Positions 8,471-16,200 of a stretch of DNA of 21,703 nucleotides are shown here, one piece after another (position 1 is the stretch's first letter; each line of letters opens with the position of its first letter). The position numbers were made by a program, and so were the translations under genes. Source of the DNA: Bdellovibrionota bacterium. GTDB taxonomy: Bacteria > Bdellovibrionota_C > UBA2361. The stretch is from contig JBILDU010000048.1 of the NCBI GenBank assembly GCA_044352465.1, positions 1 to 21,703 on the forward strand, written 5' to 3'. Below the pieces are notes generated by a model that was not told the origin of the DNA, searched no databases, and saw only the letters and a list, made by a program, of their open reading frames with translations.

Positions 8471-9717
8471 GGATACTTTTTCTTGCACCCCAACCTTTCT
8501 ATCAAGACCGTGGCACTCCCATAGCGGTGCGTCTTGCCCTTGAGGTGCTCGCAGGAGGTGAGGGGCACACAGTGGACCTCCTGTGTTACGAGGAAGGGGC
8601 GGATATCGAGATCCCGAACGTGACGGTGCATCGGACCCGGGTTCCGGGGATAAATGGGATAGGCCCAGGAATCTCTCTTAAAAAGATAGTCTGTGATGTG
8701 GCGTTTGCTTGGTCGGCCTTCAAGCTTGTGTGGCGGGCACGACGAGAGCGGTACGCCCTCGTTCACGCGGTTGAGGAGTCGGTCTTTATAGCTCTCATCA
8801 TTAAATGGTGCACAGCTATTCCCTATGTTTATGACATGGATTCATCACTGGCTCTCCAGGTGACCGAGAAATGGTGGCTCCTCAAGCCCCTTGGCCCCGT
8901 GCTCGCGATTTTGGAGAAAGTTGCGGTAAAGCAGAGCGTTGCCGTGGTCCCGGTCTGTGACGCTTTGGCGGTTATTGCGAATCGGCACGGGGCCCAAGAC
9001 GCAGAGGTGCTGAGCGATATTTCGTTGTTGAATCTAGAGCAGGGGACTCCGGCGGCCGTTGATCTGCGCGCCGAAGCAGAGATACCCCCAGGGAATCTCG
9101 TTGCACTATACATCGGTAATCTTGAGTCTTACCAGGGAATTGATCTTCTGATCGAAGGGATTGCTGTTGTCAGCGCCCGTTTAATGAATACCAGTCTTGT
9201 TATCATCGGGGGGCGGCCGAACCACATTGCAGCCTATCGGGCTCTCGCCGAGAGGCTCGGTGTCGGATCGCAGGTGCGATTTTTGGGTCCCCGGCCGGTA
9301 TCAACTCTGAACGGATATTTAACCCAGGCCGATATACTCCTTTCGCCGCGCATCAAGGGGAATAATACCCCGATGAAGATCTACTCATATCTCCACTCGG
9401 GAGTGCCGATGGTGGCGACAAAACTACCGACCCATACCCAAGTTATGGATGAATCGGTGGCGCTCCTTACCGCGCCAACCCCGGTGGCTTTCGGCCAAGG
9501 GATCGAGCAGCTCGTTCATGATGGTGAGCTGCGGAGGAAGCTGGGCAGAGCAGCTTTTGAGCTCGCTGAGCGGAGGTATACCTTCGGGGTATTTCGTCAG
9601 ACTTTGAGTGCGATCTATCGACGTGTCGGCGCAAGAATCGGAGGAACGGATAGTGATGACCCACAAAATGGAATGCGCCAAGTCGTCAACGGCGAGGGTA
9701 GGGGAGGCGGGCGATGA
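8467..9717 (+). CDS. GT-B fold glycosyltransferase family 4 protein
   Basis: A GTG start at 8467 overlapping the SGNH stop (GTGA) gives MRILFLAPQPFYQDRGTP. C-terminal domain has YIGNLESYQGIDLL, ADILLSPR and NTPMKIYSYLHSGVPMVAT. Confidence 0.9.
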   Translation: MRILFLAPQPFYQDRGTPIAVRLALEVLAGGEGHTVDLLCYEEGADIEIPNVTVHRTRVPGINGIGPGISLKKIVCDVAFAWSAFKLVWRARRERYALVHAVEESVFIALIIKWCTAIPYVYDMDSSLALQVTEKWWLLKPLGPVLAILEKVAVKQSVAVVPVCDALAVIANRHGAQDAEVLSDISLLNLEQGTPAAVDLRAEAEIPPGNLVALYIGNLESYQGIDLLIEGIAVVSARLMNTSLVIIGGRPNHIAAYRALAERLGVGSQVRFLGPRPVSTLNGYLTQADILLSPRIKGNNTPMKIYSYLHSGVPMVATKLPTHTQVMDESVALLTAPTPVAFGQGIEQLVHDGELRRKLGRAAFELAERRYTFGVFRQTLSAIYRRVGARIGGTDSDDPQNGMRQVVNGEGRGGGR

Positions 9718-10409
9718 TTTCTCGTGTTCCTGCGGGCGAGCGCCACTCGAGAGACTTCGGCTGGCTCAAGACGTTTTGGCTCTTCTCCTTCGATGATTAT
9801 GTTGACCCCAATAATCATAGCTTTAGCTCTTTGCGGGTATTTAACGATGATGTGGTCGCCCCACACTCGGGATTTCCTCTCCATGGACATAAGGAGATGG
9901 AGATCGTCACGGTCATGCTCTCAGGGGAGCTCACCCATGAGGATAGTTTAGGAAACCGTACCGCGATTCGAGCGGGGGATATCCAGCGTATGACCGCGGG
10001 CAGAGGGATGCGGCATTCCGAGTTTAATCACAGCGATACTCCGGCTCACTTTTATCAGCTTTGGATCGAGCCGAGTGAGCGGGGGTTAAGCCCAGCGTTT
10101 CAAGAGCACAATTTTTTGGCCCGCCCCGCTCATGGAGACTTTGAGCCTCTGGTATCTGGATTACCCGAGCTTCAAGCCCCGTTAACTATCCATGCTCCGG
10201 TGGCGATCTATCGATGTGCCCTTGCGAGTGGTGCATCGGTTCGCCGCAGCTGTGTTGGCCGTTCGATCTTCTTATATCTGACCGCAGGAGCGCTCGTCGT
10301 CAACGGCATTCGGGTCTATGCTGGAGACCAGTTAAGAATCGTTGCCGAAGAGCAACTCGAGATAGAAGCCCCGGTAGCGGCAGTCGGGATCATGGTGGAC
10401 CTACCGTAA
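9714..10409 (+). CDS. Pirin family protein (YhhW-like bicupin)
   Basis: LRVFNDD, GFPLHGHKEMEIVT, MTAGRGMRHSE, QLWI. ATGA overlap with the GT4 gene. Confidence 0.95.
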   Translation: MISRVPAGERHSRDFGWLKTFWLFSFDDYVDPNNHSFSSLRVFNDDVVAPHSGFPLHGHKEMEIVTVMLSGELTHEDSLGNRTAIRAGDIQRMTAGRGMRHSEFNHSDTPAHFYQLWIEPSERGLSPAFQEHNFLARPAHGDFEPLVSGLPELQAPLTIHAPVAIYRCALASGASVRRSCVGRSIFLYLTAGALVVNGIRVYAGDQLRIVAEEQLEIEAPVAAVGIMVDLP

Positions 10410-10419
10410 CCCGGGTACG

Positions 10420-10435
10420 GCTCAGCTGGCTGAGC
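10420..10435. terminator. Possible hairpin between the convergent pirin and DUF62-like genes
   Basis: GCTCAG-CTGG-CTGAGC inverted repeat, preceded by CCGTA...TACGG (10404-10420). No U-tract. Confidence 0.3.
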
Positions 10436-10475
10436 GGGGAGCATAGCTTGATAACTACGCGGGTTTGCCAGGTGT

Positions 10476-11324
10476 CTACCCTTGGATCTTCCACGGAAGG
10501 GGCTTGATCTCGATCTTAGCCCCGGGGACTGGAACCCCGAGCTCGGCGGCAGCGCTTCCGCCCCGTTGAAAGAGTTCCCAGAATCGGTCGTGGTAGCCAC
10601 TACTTCCAGGGGCGAGGGCGAGTTCCCCTTCGTTAATGTTGAACGAGCCGGTGGCAACGGTAGCCGTTCTTACGTTCGAACCACCTTCGATCCGAACCTG
10701 CACTTTTTGCCCTGGTTGAAACTTTGAGAGTACCGGGTCAGAGAGGCGCCATGTCGTCTTGAGATTCCCGAAGGAATCGATATATCCCACGAGTCCCGCG
10801 GGCATCTCGGGGATGACTTTGCGCGGATCAAGGGAGGCACCAAGAAACGAATTTAACTCCGCCGCTTGGGCAACCGCTCCAACAAGTGGTGGAAAGTTGT
10901 CTCGACTACGAAACTGCGAGCCATCTTTCTTGATGTTAGTTTCGTAGAGCTCTTGGAGTTCAGTACGAATGAGGGACAGCGAGTATCCCGAGTTCACGGC
11001 GATCACTTTCGCGCCGTTCCTCAGCACCCCGTAGAGCAAGCCCTCGCCTTCATTATTTTCCCGAGCCGCACCACGATCCTTTCGAGGCGCACAGTTAATA
11101 TAAAGGATGCGCGCGCCCGTCCAACCAGCCAGGCGTTCCACAAGGCCAAGCTGCGCCACGATGAATCCGGTCGCGACGGTGTTAAAGCTAGGAACCGAGG
11201 TTACGTTGAATCGATATGAATCAGGCACGCTCGATGAGAGGCGATCCAGGATTTCGCTCGTGGCCATGTCGTTTGGCCCGTAATCCATGATGAGGTGGAT
11301 AAGCTTATCGCTGAGGGTTACCAA
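10476..11324 (-). CDS. SAM hydroxide adenosyltransferase / SAM-dependent halogenase superfamily protein (DUF62-like, divergent)
   Basis: N-terminal IHLIMDYG (cf. TDFG); SQFRSRDNFP (cf. TFHGRDVFAP); C-terminal domain YIDSFGNLKT; GSSG...WELF..GGSAA..LG. Start uncertain: TTG 11324 chosen, ORF open to 11384. Confidence 0.75.
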   Translation of the reverse strand: MVTLSDKLIHLIMDYGPNDMATSEILDRLSSSVPDSYRFNVTSVPSFNTVATGFIVAQLGLVERLAGWTGARILYINCAPRKDRGAARENNEGEGLLYGVLRNGAKVIAVNSGYSLSLIRTELQELYETNIKKDGSQFRSRDNFPPLVGAVAQAAELNSFLGASLDPRKVIPEMPAGLVGYIDSFGNLKTTWRLSDPVLSKFQPGQKVQVRIEGGSNVRTATVATGSFNINEGELALAPGSSGYHDRFWELFQRGGSAAAELGVPVPGAKIEIKPLPWKIQG

Positions 11325-11456
11325 AGGATTCTCATTTCTTTTAAAAGGTTCACGAAGAGTGCTTTTAAACCCCCTCTCCAGCAAGACGTTTGCTCAGAGG
11401 CTCAACAGGGATTCACGACCATCTTTATTATACGGCGCTCAGACACTCGAGGCAAA

Positions 11457-12419
11457 TTAAGCTGATTCGTCGGGATAGAGGCGTAAAATCAGCTCGAGCG
11501 GAACCGTGTGGGTCTCTCCCAAACAGCGAAAAGTGAGGCCGGTCAGGTCGAAGTTGAGGACTTCAACTTTACCCGAAAATCCGTCTCGGGTATCGAGAAT
11601 AGCGGTGTTCCGGGCGCCGAGCGCAAGGACGTGCTGGGCTTCGCGTACGAGCCGCACGCGGTCCTCTGCAGCCCACGTCAAGGTACGATCGAGCTCGCTG
11701 AGGACGAATCCGATAATCACTTCGCGTGGAAAGAGGCGGGCAGTAACGTACTCGAGCGACGATGCTGGGAAGCGCAGCTTCGAGGAGTATTGGAGAACCT
11801 CATTCGAGAGGTTGATACCGATACCCATGACTAAACAATCGTCAGGGTATCGCCATCCAAGGACCTGGTGCTCATCCTTGATGTCCCGGTTTAAGCTCCC
11901 CACACCGAGCGAGCCGCAGATCTTGCCGAAATGTTTCCCGAGGTCGACCCGTACGTCGTTGGGTAATTTGATGCGGAAAGTTGGGCGTTCCCCTGCGGCA
12001 GGGGCTTCGAGATGGACCACGTGGTCAAGCGCTCGTGCTACCGCGAGGGTGGTGGCGATATGCAATAGGAGGTGCTCCTCAGGGGAGCGGGGGTCTTGTA
12101 AAACGATACTCATCGTGACGTCGCGCTCCTGGGCGCTACTTTCCCAGGCTCCCGCTCGACCGACCCCATGGGTTTGGCGGCCAGCGATGAGAACGAGCCC
12201 CGGTCGGACGGGGATGAGGTTTTTCTCGCAATACGGCAGTAGATTCATCGTCGAGTCGATTGTCGGGACGAAACACGGGTGAAAGCCGTGTCGTGTGTAG
12301 CCCGCAACGGCATTCACGATCGCCACGTCGAAGTCCGGGCCTGGGGATGGCGCAGGCAGGTGACACTGTTCGTTTGAGGATGAAGGATCGGGCGTTCCAT
12401 GCAAATTAGGGTGAGTCAT
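11457..12419 (-). CDS. birA: Biotin--protein ligase (BirA catalytic domain, no HTH; divergent motifs)
   Basis: TIDSTM; AGRQTHGVGRAG (cf. QxxGRGRxG); IKLPNDV (cf. KWPND); GKICGSL; MGIGINL; ASSL. Confidence 0.75.
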   Translation of the reverse strand: MTHPNLHGTPDPSSSNEQCHLPAPSPGPDFDVAIVNAVAGYTRHGFHPCFVPTIDSTMNLLPYCEKNLIPVRPGLVLIAGRQTHGVGRAGAWESSAQERDVTMSIVLQDPRSPEEHLLLHIATTLAVARALDHVVHLEAPAAGERPTFRIKLPNDVRVDLGKHFGKICGSLGVGSLNRDIKDEHQVLGWRYPDDCLVMGIGINLSNEVLQYSSKLRFPASSLEYVTARLFPREVIIGFVLSELDRTLTWAAEDRVRLVREAQHVLALGARNTAILDTRDGFSGKVEVLNFDLTGLTFRCLGETHTVPLELILRLYPDESA

Positions 12420-12422
12420 ATC

Positions 12423-13223
12423 CTAAATCCTTACCGCGAGTCGGCTACGCTCGAGAATTAACCGCAGGATTGCTCGACGTTCCGACTCGTAGGGCGCAAG
12501 AGCTGCAGCGACGGTGCTGAGATGGTCGGAGCCGCCCTGCAGGGAGCTGCTCGAGAACTCTGGATGAACCCCCGAAAGAATTGCGACGCCGTCGCCCACT
12601 CGGCAGGCGATGAGGGCGGCCGGCTCTCCCGGAAGCTCGGCATAGCGTCCGATGACCTCAATCCCCACCAGATCTTCAGCCCCACAGAAGATGCAACCGC
12701 CGTTGAAAAAGATCGGTGCAGCACGGTCTGTCGTCGCATCGGGGGACCATCGCACCAGTGCGGCACGAGCTCCTTGATCGGTCTCATAGGCAAAAGTGCC
12801 GGGTCCGTAAGCAGGCCCCGCCGCGATCCCGGGGAAAAACCCGAGCTCGCGATCGCCAACCACTTCGAGTGGTTGTCCGCGGTCGAACTCAACCCGTCGC
12901 GCCCCGAAATACCCACCCGCACAGAACCCGATGTATGCTCCCCCCGCTTCAACGAAGCGGCGAATTCGGGTGGCAGCTTCGCCGCGGAGAGCCTCGTGAT
13001 AGGGGAGGTCTCGTCCCCCCGGGAACACGACCGCTCCGGTCGAACCTTCCCAATTGGGCTGGCTGAAGAAGGTGCGGTCTACTACCCGAATCGGGTGGGT
13101 ATCGGTGGGGAGAATTTCGGCGAGCGCACGCGGAGTTTCCACCCTCGACCGGTCCACCACGCCATCATCGACATAAACCAGCACTTCCATCTTGGCTGAG
13201 CTCCTCAGCTCAGGTTCGATCAT
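12423..13223 (-). CDS. BPL_N domain protein (biotin-protein ligase N-terminal, class I glutamine amidotransferase-like fold)
   Basis: VLVYVDDGV; FPGGRDLPY; YIGFCAGGYFG; RELGFFPG; FNGGC; GVAILSGVHPE. ATGA overlap with the gdh stop. Confidence 0.88.
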   Translation of the reverse strand: MIEPELRSSAKMEVLVYVDDGVVDRSRVETPRALAEILPTDTHPIRVVDRTFFSQPNWEGSTGAVVFPGGRDLPYHEALRGEAATRIRRFVEAGGAYIGFCAGGYFGARRVEFDRGQPLEVVGDRELGFFPGIAAGPAYGPGTFAYETDQGARAALVRWSPDATTDRAAPIFFNGGCIFCGAEDLVGIEVIGRYAELPGEPAALIACRVGDGVAILSGVHPEFSSSSLQGGSDHLSTVAAALAPYESERRAILRLILERSRLAVRI

Positions 13224-16200
13224 CGTACTTCGTCAGCGAGCTCGAAAGTGCGAAGCTGCTTCGCTACCACTGCCAACGCAGCAAGGGGTAGGCCTTGTTG
13301 CTTGGCTTCGTCGAGTAAGCCGGAGAGGCGATCGTACGCCGGGGAACGCCGCAACTCAGTGAGCACAGCTCCGCTTCCCGTAACGTTGCGGGACAAGAGC
13401 TTGGCGGTAATGCTCGAGACGCTTCTTCGAATGTCGTTGAGCGCTCCTTTCACGATCTCTTGTTCCCATCGATTCTGCGGCTCGAGAGCTCGGCCGGCTT
13501 TCACCAACGCCTCGACCGAGAGGAGCTCCATGACCTCGCCAAACACGGCGTCGGTTAGCGCGACATCTTTACCGGCTGCCTGTGCGGTCCACAGCATCTC
13601 GAGCGAGCGTACCACGCGCGGAAACACGGCGAGGCTTTGCGTCGTTGTCGCCGAGAACCCGTGTGCCTGAAGCCCCGGCTCGACCACCGCTCCGTCGAGA
13701 TGCTGGCGATACGATTTCTCGTAGAGCGCTATCATTTCTCCGACGCTCTTCGAGCCTCCGTGAGCGGAGAGGAGCCATAAGGTGGTTTCCGCCAGAGCCC
13801 GGCCGGTCGTGCGAACGAGCTCGAGAAACTGAGCGTTGGTGGCAACCGTATCGATCGTCCACAGTTCCTGACGAACGTGTTGCGTTCGCAGGATCGCTTC
13901 CGCTGCTAAGGCGCAGGAAACAACCGCTATCGGCGGCACTCCGTACGACAGAGCATTTCGATGCACGAACGTTGTCCCGAGCGCATCAACGAGCAGGTTC
14001 GATACCTCCGTCGCGATAATATTCGCCGCTAAAGCGTGGTTCGGTATATCGGCTGCGAACCGCTCCCGCATCGCTCGGGGAAAGTAGCCGAGGAGATACG
14101 GCTGCATCACTGGGTCGTTGGGGAGAGGGGAGTTCAAGATCAGATCTTTGACCCACATCTTCACCGTCGCGACACAGATGGCGAGCTCCGGTCGGGTGAG
14201 GCCCTTTTTCTCCCGAACTCGATCGTTGAGATCGTCGTCGTCGGGGAGTGACTCGAGCGCTCGATTGACGTATCCGAGCCGAGCCATGTCCCGCATGAGT
14301 ACTCGAAAGTAGTCGATGTTGCGAAGTGAGCGGTTTACCCCGAGGGTGAGCAAGACGCCGTGACGTCGATTGTGGTCGAGCACAAGTTCGGTGACGTCCC
14401 CGGACATCTCTTTGAGCAATTTATTGCGCTCTTCGAGGGTCAATTTATTTTGCTGCATCAGATCGGTGCAGAGTATCTTCAGGTTGACCTCATGATCCGA
14501 CATGTCAACACCGCCGGAATTGTCGATTGCGTCGGTGTTTATTCGTCCGCCTGCCATGGCGAAATCGATCCGAGCCTTTTGTGTGAAGCCAAGGTTGCCC
14601 CCTTCTCCGATGACTTTGGCGCGAAGTTCGTCAGAGTTGATCCGTACCCGGTCATTGGTGCCGTCGCCGACATCGGAGTGTGACTCGATCGGAGACTTAA
14701 AGTAGGTCCCGATGCCGCCGTTCCATATCAGGTCGACCGGCGCTTTAAGCACGAGGTTAATAATCTGCTCGCCATTCATCATGGTCGGCTGCTCACTCCC
14801 GATACCGAGCACCTGCCGTGCTTCGGTCGAGAGTTTGATCTCCTTATCGAACCGTCCGTAGATACCCCCACCTTTGCTCAGTAACGCGGCATTGTAGTCG
14901 GTCCATTGCGAACGCGGGAGCTCGAACATGCGCTTGCGCTCGGTGAACGATAGCGCTGCATCGGGATCCGGATCGATGAAGATGTGGCGGTGATCGAAAG
15001 CGGCTACCACCTTCATGTTGTTGGACAACAGCATGCCGTTTCCGAACACATCGCCCGACATATCGCCGATCCCCACAACGGTGAACGGGGTCGTCGCGTA
15101 GTCGAGTCCCATATCAGAGAAGTGTCGTTTGACGCACTCCCACGCCCCCTTCGCGGTGATCGCGTAGAGTTTGTGGTCGTACCCGTTCGAACCCCCTGAG
15201 GCGAAGGCATCGCCGAGCCAGAAGTTGAATTCCTCAACGGCGAGCTTGTTCGCAACGTCACTAAACTTAGCGGTTCCCTTGTCGGCAGCAACCACAAGGT
15301 AAGGATCGGGCGAGTCGTATATTACCATGTCGGTCGGTGGGACGATTGCCTCGCCAACCCGGTTGTCAGTGAGGGTAAGTAAGGAGCGAACAAATTCCTT
15401 ATAGGCGTCTTCGACTGCCTGCGGCACGAGCTTCGGATCGCTCGGCATTTTCTTCACGATAAATCCGCCCTTGGCGCCACCCGGAACGATGACGACATTT
15501 TTTACCTTTTGTGTTTTGACGAGCCCGAGGACCTCGCTGCGGAAATCGTCGGGGCGCTCGCTCCACCGTAGGCCACCGCGAGCAACCCGTGAGCCGCGGA
15601 GATGCACCCCCTCGACCGTTGGTGAGCTGACAAATATCTCAAAGAGGGGGCGGGGCTGGGGCATGACGTCGATCTTCGATGAGTCAAGCTTCAGCGCAAT
15701 CGTCGGCTTGCCAGCATAAAAATTAGTTCGGAGCGTGTGTTCAAGGAGCATCAGGAGCGAACGGAGGATCTTATCTTTCGATATATCGCTCACGCTTCGC
15801 AGCCCATCTTTAAACGCGTTGGCTGTCGCCGTGAATTGAGCCGACCGCTGTTCGATCGATAACTTCAATGCCGGGTTGAATCGGAGCTCAAACATCTCCC
15901 AGAGCTGGACGGCGAGTTCAGGCACGCTTGCGAGAGATCGGCGCATGCCGCGACGGGTGCCGGTCTTGCTCACTTGCCAGAGGAGACGACAGTACGTTCG
16001 GAGGAGGGCGAGCGCGCGAGTTGAGAGCCCTGCCTCGAGCATGAGCGCGTTTAAGGGGTCGTTGTCGGCCTTCCCCGCGAGGACGAGGGCGAGCCCCGGC
16101 GCAACGACGTCGTGAAAACGCCGTTCACTCACGGGATTACCCGAAGCTGGTTTGACGGAAAAGCGATGGACAAATGACGTTGTGCCATCACGAGGAGTTA

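Noticed and set aside
11506..13199. 258-aa and 225-aa plus-strand ORFs
   Set aside because: Antisense shadows of the ligase and BPL_N genes.
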